The notes under the pieces were generated by a model. The model had not been told where the DNA came from and made no database searches. It saw only the letters and a program-made list of their open reading frames with translations. Positions 53,513-64,000 of a DNA stretch of 64,000 bases are shown here, one piece after another (positions within the stretch are counted from its first letter, which is position 1; each line of letters starts with the position of its first letter). The position numbers were made by a program, and so were the translations under genes. The stretch is from the human T2T-CHM13v2.0 reference genome, Homo sapiens. Location: NCBI RefSeq assembly GCF_009914755.1, contig NC_060925.1; one strand, 5' to 3'.

Positions 53513-54715
53513 AGGGTAATGAAGAAAAATCATATAATCTTTCCAACAAATACAGAAAAACTATCTGCAAAAATCTAACACCTATTCATGATAAAAACTC
53601 TCAGTAAACCAGGAAAAGAGGGAAACTTGTTCAACTTGATAAAGAATATCTATAATAAACCTAAGCTAAGATTATATTTAAAAGTAAGAAACTCAAAGCT
53701 TTCCCACTAGTATCAGGAACAAATCAAGGATATCTCCTCTCATGACTGCTTTTCCATACTGGAAGTCCTAGTTGATGCAATAAGACAAAAGGAAGTAAAT
53801 GGTGATAGATTGGAATGAAAAAACAAAACTGCCTTTGTGCACAGATTGCATGTTTGTTTATGTAGAAAATCCAAAATAATTGACAAAAACTTCTGAAATT
53901 AATAAGCAATTATAGCAAGGTTGCAGGATATAAGGTTAAGACAAAAAAGCCCATCGCTTTCCTATATAACAGCTATGAGCAAGTGGAGTTTGAAATTAAG
54001 AACACAATACCATTTACATTGGGCAACCCAAAAATGGAATACTTAGGTATAAATCTAACAAAGTATGCATAAGGTCTATATGAGGAAAACTATACAACTA
54101 TGATGAAAGAAATCAATGAAGAATTAAATAAATGGAGAGATATTCCATATTCATGCATAGAAAGACTCAATACTGTCAAGATGTCAGTTCTTCCCAATTT
54201 GATTCAATGGAATCTCAATCAAAATTCCAGCAAGTCACTTTGTGGATAATGACAAACTCATTCCGAAGTTTATATGAATGGGCAAAAGACATAGAATAGC
54301 CAACACAATACTGAAAGAGAAGAATAAAGTTGGAGGGCTGACACTACTTGACTTCAAAACATACTATAAATTATAGCAATCAAGACAGTGTAGTATTGGT
54401 GAAAGAATTGACAAATAGATCAATGAAACAGAATAGAGATCCCTGAAATTGACCCAAATATAGTCAACTGATCTTTGACAAAGGAGTTAAGGCAATACAA
54501 TGGAGAAAATTTTTTTTTCATCAAATGCCACTGAAACAACTGAACTTCCACATGCAAAAAAGGAGTATAGATACAGATTTTACACCCTTCACAAAAATTA
54601 ATTCAAAATGTGTGACAGGTCTAAAGTAAAATTAAAAACCATAAGACTCTGAGAAGATAACAAAAAAGAAAATCTAAATAATTTGGGGTTTGGCAATCAC
54701 ATTTAGATGGAATAC

Positions 54716-55088
54716 TGCTATGGTTTAAATGCACTTCCCCAAACAAGCATGCATTGTAAACTTAATACCCAATCCAACAGTGTTAAGAGATGGGACCTGT
54801 AAAAGGTGATTAGGCCATTAGATCTCCACCCTTACAGATGGATTAATGCTGTTATGATGGGAGTGAGTTCTTCATAAAAAGTTGAGTTTGGGTGTCCTTT
54901 TGCTCTCTCTCTCACCCATGTGATGCCTTTCACCATGTTATGGTGAAGCAAGAAGGCCCTCACCTGATGCTAATACCTTGATTTTTGGACGTCCTAGCCT
55001 ACAGAATTGTGAGGAAATAAATTTCCGTCTTTTATAAAATAGCCAGTCTCAGGTATTCTGTTATAGCAGCACAAAACAAAATAAAACA
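54716..55088 (+). mobile_element. MSTD/MSTC-like MaLR solo LTR
   Basis: tgctatggtttaaatg...gcaagaaggccctcacc...cagtctcaggtattctgttatagcagcacaaaac. Confidence 0.85.
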
Positions 55089-56319
55089 TACACCAAAGTC
55101 ATGGTCTATGAAAGAAATAATTGATAAACTGGACTTTATTAAAATGAAAAATTTCTTCTCTGTGAATGACACTGTCAAGAAGATAAAATGATAAGCGACA
55201 AGCCACAGATTTGGATAAGTTGGCAAAACACATATGAGATAAAGAATTGTTATGCAAGATACACTAAGAACTCTTAAACTCAACAATAATAACATGAACA
55301 ACCTAATTGAAAAATAGGCCAAAGACCTTGACAACTCACCAAAGAAGATACATAGATGGTAAATAAGCATATGAAAAGATGCTCCACATCATATGTCATA
55401 AGAAAGTTCAAATTAAAACAACAGTGAGATACAACTATAACCTATCTGAATGACCAAAATCCACAACATCAAATGCTGGCAAAACAACAGAAACTCTCAT
55501 ACATTGCTGATGGAAATGCAAAATGATACTGCCACTATGAAATACAATTTGGAGGTGCTTTACAAAACTAATCATACTCTTACCATACAATTCAACACTT
55601 GCTTGCGTTGGTATTTTTCCAAAGAAGCTGAAAGCCTATGTGCGCACAAAAACTTGGACATGAATGTTTATAGCAGCTTTATTTGTAATTGTCAAAACCT
55701 GAAAGCAACCAAGATGTCCTTCAGGTGAATGGATAAATAAATTTTGGTATAGCCAGATAATAGAAAGTTATTATTCAGTCATAAAAGGAAATGAGCTATG
55801 AAGCCATGAAAATACATGAAAGAAACTTAAATGGAAGTGAAGCCAATCTGAAAAGACTACATAATGTTTCATTCTACCTATATGACATTCTCGAAAGGAC
55901 AAAACTATGGAGTCACAAAAAAGATTAGTGGTTGCCAGGAGTTGGGGAAGGGAGGCAGAGTGCAGAGGATTTTTAGGGCAGTGAAACTACTCTCTATGAT
56001 GTTATAATGGTGAATACATGTCATTATACGTTTGTCCAAACCCACAGGATGCACAACACCAAGAACAAACTGTACTGTAAAGTGTGGACTCTGGGAGATA
56101 ATGATGTGTTAATGGAGGTCCATCAGTTGCAATAAATGTACCATCCTGGGTGGGGAGTTTTATAATAGGTGGTGCTAAGCATGTGGGGGAAGAGGATAAA
56201 CAGGAAATCTCTCTACTTTCCTCTCAATTTTGTGTGAACCTAAAATTGCTCTACAAAAAAATCTATTAAAAATAATATGTAGTTTATTCCATGTACTATT
56301 GACACTTCTATTATGTACT

Positions 56320-56510
56320 CCACCTTCAGAAGCCATGTGAACTATAGTAAGTTCTTAAACATCTCTAGGATTCATTTCCTTATTTATAACATGGGCATAA
56401 TAGTACTAATCTCATGAGGCTAGTAGTAGTAATCTCTTTATGTAATCAATTAGAAGGATTCAGATATATAAAACCTGGTCCTCAGAAGAAAACTGATAAA
56501 TGATGCTATT
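56320..56510 (+). mobile_element. MIR fragment
   Basis: aagttcttaaacatctct..catttccttatttataacatgggcataatagtac. Confidence 0.6.
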
Positions 56511-57499
56511 CATATAATTAGCAGTCATAAAAATTATAGCTTAAAATGATGCAGATTCTACAGTTACTTATATTTGTCTCCTATAAATTTTAAACTAATC
56601 TTTTCTGTCCTATGAACCAAACAACCAACCAGATGCAAGTTAAAAACAATGATCTCATATTACTGTATTTTAATTATTCCATCATATCACGAAAGAAATA
56701 CACTGGTGTTCTCTCTGTGCCAACATTTAATTGACTACTTAGGTCAATAATAAATTTATCTAGCACCTTTCACAAACCACAAGGAATTAAAAACTATGCA
56801 TATAGAAACACTGAAATTTCTTCTATTCCTGGCTCTTAGCTACCATTATGTGCCTTGATTCCGCACAGGATTCTAAAATGTGGCTCCAATTTCAAAGCCA
56901 AGATATATGTGCCATTCTTTTTCTTCATTAATAAGACAGAATACAGATCCGTATAAACCAGCCAGCAAACATTCTGAATGCCAAAACTAAGCATATTGAC
57001 TTCCAGAATAACATGACTTCTATACTCTATTACTGGAGTTTACAAAACTAAAACCAAATGAGGGTATAGATGTACCTCAGAACCCGGAAAAGGAAACATC
57101 CATGAGGAAGGATTCTGTTCAGTTCGCTGTGTAAATTATCTGAAAGTGCTGGCCTGACTGGAACCTTAAAGATCACCTAGATCTGCGGTTTTCAAACTCT
57201 GCTCCAAGCATAAGAGAGGGTGGAAGTAGGACAATGGGAAAAGGGAGGTTAAATGGGCAGGGCTCTAGACAGTTTTATTTGGCCTTTACAGGATGATTTC
57301 GTTGAAAAAAACGAGTGTTGCTTCTAATAAAAAATATTGACTAGTCATTATCTAGTTAAATAATCTCACTTTCCAGATGAAGAATGGCACCCAAAGAGCG
57401 ACTTTGAAAGTTGACACAGTAAGTTAGTGGCATTGCTGTGACTAAAATTCAGGTTCCTTACAAAGAAAAAGTATGTGGCTAAAAGACTTGCTTTCTAGC

Positions 57500-57950
57500 T
57501 TTTGCTTGTTTTTCCAACTTTGTTCCAAGTCATGTGCTAGGTTCTAGGGCAACAAAAATAAGGTTAGCATCTAATGTGAAAATCAGATGAGCAAATCAAT
57601 AATTACAATACATTATTGTAAGGACTTCTTGGACTTAAGCACAGGGTGCTACCAGAATGCCGAAGAGGAGCATGTAAATCTGACAGCGGGGAAGAGGGTA
57701 GGTGATAGCAGAATAGAATCTTGAAGAATATTTAGATGTCTGACACAAAAAGAGTAGAGTGTTTCCTTTCTCTCACAGAGAATACTATGTGCAAAGGCAC
57801 TGAGGTGAGAGAAAAAATTATGTTCCAGAAGTGGAAACAGCATGGTGTACTAGCAGGAAAATAAACTATGTGGGAGGGAGCAGCACAGCAGTGAGAGAGG
57901 AGAGGTAAACAGAGGCCAGGTCACAGAGGCCTTGGATCTCTCAGCCCAAA
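57500..57950 (-). mobile_element. L2 fragment
   Basis: gtgctaggttctaggg...tgtgcaaaggcactgaggtgagag...ggccaggtcacagaggcctt. Confidence 0.7.
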
Positions 57951-58028
57951 GAAGATGAGGAAGGAGCCACAGTCACCACCACTGTGCCATTTAGGCCCTC
58001 TGGGCAGACTGGATCAGTCAGATCAATC

Positions 58029-58112
58029 ATCTGATTGGATCATTTGCCTCCTAAGAAATACACCCTATTGGATCTGATTGGATCATTTACCTCCTAAGAA
58101 ATACACCCTATT
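58029..58112. repeat. 43-bp tandem duplication
   Basis: atctgattggatcattt[g/a]cctcctaagaaatacaccctatt x2, one mismatch. Confidence 0.95.
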
Positions 58113-58669
58113 TCCAAGCCACTGTCTGCCTAACTATATGCAACACTTCCTCTGCTCTTAAAGGGCATTTCTACCGCTGACCCTTATGATAACTGGTTGG
58201 TAAACTGAGGAATAAGAATTAAGAGATGTGTAAATCAGGTATTTGTTTCTATTGACTTTTCCTCTGCCCAATTTATAAAAATATTTCAACAAAGAGAGAA
58301 ATAGTCAAGGCATTGTCTTGGAGATGGTTTACATCAGCTGAGCATGGTTTCAGATCTTTAGCCAGATAAGCAATGAAGGAAATATTCTGAATCAGAGCTC
58401 TGATTTTACGTTGTTCTTGAAGTGCAAAAACAAAATAAAACAAAATAGGTGGTGAGGATAATGGTATTAATATAAAGAATTAGAAACATGAGTGTGTTAC
58501 CACAAAAAGTATACCACAGCAGTGATATTATTGCTTCCAATGGAAAAACATGTACCTGCATATCTACACTCACACACAATGTGGTGCCAAAGGCAATTCA
58601 TGAGAATTAAAAAGTTTTATTTCTCTTTTATTTCTGCCTTGCCATAATTCTGGAATTCAATAGATTTCC

Positions 58670-58830
58670 AGAGATGTGTACTTTGAGTTAGACATACCTG
58701 GGTTCGAATTTTAGCTTTGCTTCTTTTTAACAATGTGTTCAGATACAGGTTATGTAACCCTGTGAACATCAGTGTTCACATCTATGTAATGAAAATGATA
58801 GTTAATCATTTCTTTTGTGAGAAGTAAATT
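58670..58830 (+). mobile_element. MIR fragment
   Basis: gttagacatacctgggttcgaatttt...catcagtgttcacatctatgtaatg. Confidence 0.7.
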
Positions 58831-59107
58831 AAATTCAATTCAGTTAATTTAGAATATACACTAGTCTTATTTTGACTTTTATTTGAATCTAAGCTACATA
58901 TCAGAAGGTGTGGGGTTAACATTTGGCTGTGTTTCCTCTGAGACTAGTAACTGAAAGCTGATCAAAACCAATCTCTCCACATCAGCTCTTGAACTGGGAC
59001 CTCAGCCCCTCTCTGTGGTGATTGCGGCACTGATTAAACCTGGCAGATCAGAGGAAGTAGAGGAAGAAATACTACATGAATCAGTATCATACAGGTTAGG
59101 CACTGTA

Positions 59108-59515
59108 CAGTCAACCCTTGAACAATGTGGGAGTTAGGAGGCATACATAAGTTTTGACTGTACCAAGACTTAACAACTAATAGCCTACTGTTGACCAGAA
59201 GCCTCATCAATAACACAGTTGACACATATTTTGTGTGTTACATGTATTATATACTGAATTCTTAGAATAAAGTAAGCCAGAGAAAAGAAAATGTTATTTA
59301 AAAAATCATAAGGAAGAGAAAATATATTTATAATGCATTAAGTAGATGTTGGTCATCAAAGGTCTTCATACTCATTGTCTTCACATTAAGTAGGCTGAGA
59401 AAGAGGAGAAAGAGGAGCGACTAGTCTTGCTGCATTAGAGGTGGTGGAGGTGGAAGAATATTTGTGTGTAACTGAACCTGCACAGTTCAGACCTGTGTTG
59501 TTCAAAGATCAACTG
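59108..59515. mobile_element. Tigger2a/MER28-like (TcMar-Tigger) DNA transposon
   Basis: TIRs cagtcaacccttgaacaa / ttgttcaaagatcaactg, TA on the left flank, internal ctaatagcctactgttgacc. Confidence 0.85.
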
Positions 59516-60714
59516 CAATTTAAGGAAGAACTCCAGGACTTGGGTTAGCACCAGAGGCAAGCGTTGGATATATTACTGAATATGAATCATCTGCCTTAAA
59601 AAAATAGACTAATTAGTTGTTCACTGCCGTATAAACCTTAGGTAATTATAGGACCCAGAGTTCTGAGAAATTAAAATAAACATCATTTTAAAACGGAGAA
59701 AAGTAATGAGAGCTATTTGTAGGGCTCCTGAAGTGCTTTTCGGCAGAGCGGTCTAGCAGGACTGTCAAGATCATATCTCGAATCTTGTTAATGTGAACAT
59801 TTATCATTTAAATCTCGTCACTACATTAGCTAATTGAAACCATTTAAGCCAAGCAACAGGACAATTTAGGCTAGAAATAGGGCTTAAGATTTCTCTACTC
59901 AGTGAAAATCAAAATAACTCAGCCCATTCCTTGCTCCCTTAAGATCACAGAATCTGTGTTGGAAGGGATCTTAGGGTATCAGCTAGCTCAATCTCCCACC
60001 CATACAGGGAGCCCCACTATAATATCTCTGTTTGTGCTTTCCCAGAATTTTCTCAAGTACTTTTGCAGATACAAGACTCACTAATTCATAAAAAAAAGTT
60101 TTTGTCAGCTCTAATTGTTAGAAAAATTTTTCCGTATTTATAGGAAATAGCTTTCTTTTTCACTTGCAGTCACTTGTTTTAGTATGGACGCCGGAACACA
60201 AAACACTTGCCTTCTACTCAAGCACCTTTCTGTTGTCTGAGGACATCTCTCATGCCTTCCTTGGATATCCTGTTTTTTAAATTCAGTATCTGTTTCCTTT
60301 AATGTACTCCATGAGATATAAGTCACAAACTACCCTCCTGGTTGTCCTCAGCTCAATGTAATTCAGTTGGTCGGTGTTTTTCTTAAAAATTATCCTGCAT
60401 AACGGAACAAATTTTTGATATATAAAGTCACCTTTTTTTGTCTTTTTTTGTTCTGTTTAGTTTGGTTTGTCTTTAGTTCTTATATTGACCTTTGGAGTAT
60501 CTAAATTTGTGGGTAGATAAAAACCTAACTCTTGGATAGGTGAGCAATTATGTAACACATCACAGATAAAGGCCCTTCTAAAACCAATATAGAAGTCTTC
60601 CAGATTAACAAACTAGTAACTAGAAAACAGACAAACAAAGAAACCCCAAATTCAATGTCAGAAGAAATTAGAATAGTGTAGTATAACTTATTTTTGAGTC
60701 TTGAACCAGCTTTG

Positions 60715-63700
60715 AATCCCTGCAACATGCCCTACTTGGTCACGGTATATAGTTTTTAAAAATATAGATAGCTGATTTCTATTTTATGGGTAAAGATTTT
60801 TGTGTCTATGTTCATGTGGAATATCATTCTGTAGTTTCCTTTATCGTATTGCCTTTGTTTTGTCTTGGTATCGGGAAAATAGTAGCTGCATAAAATGAGT
60901 TTGAGAGTGTCCCCGCTTGTTTAATTTTATGAAAGAAAGAGATTGTGTAGAATTGAACTCTTTAAAAGTTTGACAGGATTTTCTAGTAAAACCATGTAAG
61001 CCTGAGGATTTTTGGAGTGGGTAGAGGGATTTTTTAAATTATGCGTACAATTTTCTTAATAGTGAAATGGCTATTCCAATTACCTAGCTTATGTAAGGTA
61101 GTTTGTAATAGTTTGTGACTTTTGAGAAACTGGTTTATTTCATTTAGGTTGTCACATTTACCTATAAATTGTTCACAGTGTTTCCTTATTATCCTTTTGA
61201 TATGCTCAGAGTCTGTAGTGATAACCCCTGTTTCATTCCTGATGTTAGTAATTTGCATCCTCTATCTTTTTTGTCAGTCTTGCTAGAGGCTTGTCTGTTT
61301 TATTGATATTTTCAATGTACCGGCTTTTTCTTTTATTGATTTTCTGTTTCAATTTCATTGATTTCTGCTCTTACCTTTATTATTCCCTTTCTTCTTGCTT
61401 TGGGTTAATTTTGTTCTTTTTATAGGTTCTCAGTCTGAAATCATAGAATTTTGATTTTTTTGTCTTTTCTAACATAAAACATTTTCTTCTCAATTGCTTT
61501 AATCGTGTCACACAAGTTTTCAAATGTTGTGTTTTTATTTTCATTCAGCTCAATGTATTTTTAAATTTCTTTTGAGACATCCCTTTTAACCTTTGGATTA
61601 TTTAGAAATGTATTGTTTAAGTGTGAGGTGTTTGGAGATTTTCTGTTATCTATCTGTTGCTGTTTTCCAACTTGATTCCACTGTGGTTTAAGAACAAACT
61701 CTGCATCATTTCAATTCTGTTAAATTTCCCTAGGTTTATTTTAGGGCCCAGGATATGGTCTGTTTTTTTATATATTCTATGGGCACTTAAAAAAAAGTGT
61801 ATTCTGCTATTGTTAGGTAGAATGTTTCGTAAATGTTTACAGATTCACTTGGTTGATGATGCCAAGTTCTATATTTTTTCTCTTTTTCTGTCTAGTTCCA
61901 GCAATTGCTGAGAGAGGGGCGAAGTCTCCAACTGTAATTGCGGATTTGTCTGTTTCTCCTTTCAGTTTTATCAGTTTCGCTTCACATATTTTACAGCTCT
62001 ATTGCTTGTGCATTGGTGCATACAAATTTAAGATTACCATGCCTTCTTGGTGGATTGACCCTTTCTATCATTATGTAATGCCCTACTTTGTCTCTACTAA
62101 TTTTCTTTGCTTCTGAAGGCTGCTTTATTTGACATTAACATAGCCATTCCTATTTTATTTTGATTAATGTTTGGATGAATATATTTTTTCATGCAAAGCT
62201 ACTTTAGTTAATTTTGAAGTGAATTTCTGCAGACATATATAATTGGTTTATTTTTTTGTTATTTTATTTTATTTATTTACTTTTTCTCAACTTTTAGGTT
62301 CAGGGTACATGTGCAGGTTTGTTACATGGATAAATTGTGTGTTGCTGAGGTTTTGTGTATGAATAATCCCATCACCCAGGTAGTGAGCATTGTACGTGAT
62401 AGGTAGTTTTCAACCCTCACCCTCCTCACAGCCTCCCTGCTCTAGTAGTCCTCAGTGCTCAGTGTCTATTGTTCCCATCTTTATGTCCATGTGCATGCAA
62501 TGTTTAGCTCCCACTTATGAAGTGAGAACATGTGGTATTTGTATTTGGTTTTCTGTTCCTGCATTAATTCACTTAGGATAATGGCCTCCAGCTGCATCCA
62601 TGTGTCTGCAAACAACATGATTTTGTTCTTTTTTAATGACTGCATAGTATTACATGGTATATATGTACAACATTTTATTTATCCAGTCCACTGTTGATGG
62701 GCATCTAGATTGAGTTAATGTCTTTGCTATTGTGAATAGTGCTGCAATGAACATCACAGTGCATTCACAATGCCAATTTTTGTCTTTTAATTAGTGTGTG
62801 TAGACAGTTCACACTTAATTTAATTATTGATATAATCAGGCTTAGGTCTGCCATTTTATTTTATTTTATTTTTCTGTTGGTTCTCTTTCTCTTATTTGTT
62901 TTGTTTTGTGCTTTTCTTTTTCCTGACTTCCTACAGGTTATTTAAACTTTTTTTATAATTCTATTTTTCTAAATTTTGATAGGGGTTTTGAGTGTATCCT
63001 TCTGTATAGGTTCTTAAAGTACGGCTATCGACATTACATTGTATCATATACATACATAATACATCACTGTTTACTGTTTTTTACATTTCATCAGTTCAAG
63101 AAAAGTGTAAAAATCCTTACCTCCCTTTACATCTCTACCATTCCCAAGTTATAATTACTTGAAATTCTTCTCCTACATACATTTAGAAACACATTAATGT
63201 TATCATTTTTGCTTCCAATGTCAAATATAGTTTAGAAAACTCAACAGGAGAAATAAAACATATCGTATTTACCAATATTTTTACTCTTTCTGTTGTTCTT
63301 TCTTTCTTCTTGATTTTCTAATATTTATTATTTTATCATTTTCTTTCTGTTTAAGAAACTTCTCTAGCCATTTTTAAAGTTAGGTCTGATGGAAACAAAT
63401 TCTCTTAGTTTTCCTTAATCTGCAGATACATTGACTTCTTCTTTCTTGAGGGATATCTTTGCTGGGTACAGAATTGTGAGTTTGCCGTTCTCTTCATTCA
63501 GCACTTGAAAAATGCTGTGCCACTTCTATCTGGCATCCATGATTTCTGATGACAAATCCATTTTCATTCAAGTCGTTTTTACAAACATATTTCTTTCTCA
63601 TTGCTTTCCAGATTTTTTCTTTCTTTTCAGTTCTTAGAAGTTTGAGCACAAAGTGTCCTGCTATATCTTTCTTTGTTTCTTTTTTTCTTTTCCTGTTTAC

Positions 63701-64000
63701 TCAACTCTTGATTATGTAGGTTGAGGTCTTTTGTCAAATTTAGGAACATTTATGTTATTACTTCTTCAAATATTTTTTCAGCTGGGCCTTATTTTTTTGT
63801 GACTCTGGATGACACAACCATTAGATTTTTGTTGTTATTGTTAGAGTTACACCAGTTTCCCAGGATGTGGCTTTGTTTTTCTGTTAAGATAGAGTAATTC
63901 ACATTTTCTGTCTTTAAATTCACTGATTCTTTCCTCTGTCCTCTTGATTCTTCTTTTGAGTTTATCCATTGAGCTTTTACATTTCAGATACTGTGTTTTT
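60715..64000 (-). mobile_element. Old L1M ORF2 and upstream region (continues past the window end)
   Basis: Minus ORF 61034-61258 (ITNIRNETGVITTD..IKRIIR..NLNEINQFL) is L1 ORF2-like; antisense endonuclease region near 61900-62100. Confidence 0.85.
62255..62765 (-). mobile_element. 5'-truncated older L1PA (about L1PA13-16) nested in L1M
   Basis: gggtacatgtgcaggtttgttacatggataaattg...cccatcacccaggtagtgagcat...ctattgtgaatagtgctgcaatgaacat. Confidence 0.85.

Larger units (their letters stand above)
51253..55370 (+). pseudogene. Degenerate L1 ORF2 (endonuclease/reverse transcriptase) remnant
   Basis: Fragments GLNAPIRR..QDPTIYCI.EAHFKYKDT, VGDFDT.LS.IDR.SRQKISKDI and RT-region DNA (ccaggcccagatg, ctcattctatgaggccagcat); many stops and frameshifts. 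Confidence 0.85.
46211..56268 (+). mobile_element. Apparently full-length, decayed L1MC (L1MC1/2-like) with nested insertions
   Basis: L1MC-type 5' end (ttttcagtccagcatataagaagctggaagttgccactc), ORF1 remnant ~49300-50250, ORF2 remnant from ~51250, L1MC 3' end (gaaatctctctactttcctctcaattttgtgtgaacctaaaattgctct); candidate TSD aaaataatacat / aaaataatatgt. Confidence 0.85.

Overview
AT-rich primate, human-like genomic DNA (it carries Alu, L1PA, THE1/MST and MER11 elements) that reads as intronic or intergenic. I find no supportable protein-coding gene, tRNA, rRNA or CRISPR array. The listed ORFs are chance ORFs or decayed retroelement remnants (Alu, L1 ORF2, THE1-int). The left part (~3.4-39 kb) has many ancient MIR/L2/MER fragments between stretches of unique sequence, several with homeodomain/GATA/FOX motif clusters that may be enhancers. 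The right part (~40-64 kb) is mostly nested retroelements: an internally deleted ERVL/MLT2 provirus, an apparently full-length L1MC carrying a complete THE1 provirus and two MST LTRs, and other old L1s. The two most unusual structures are (i) a ~430-bp TSD-flanked mini-L1PA with its intact 5' end fused directly to its 3' end and (ii) a ~185-bp poly(A)-tailed, TSD-flanked insertion not recognisable as a standard TE (truncated retrocopy or orphan transduction) inside the ERVL. Family and subfamily calls are by eye from remembered consensus sequences, and boundaries of old repeats are approximate. I found no convincing evidence of a new biological system.
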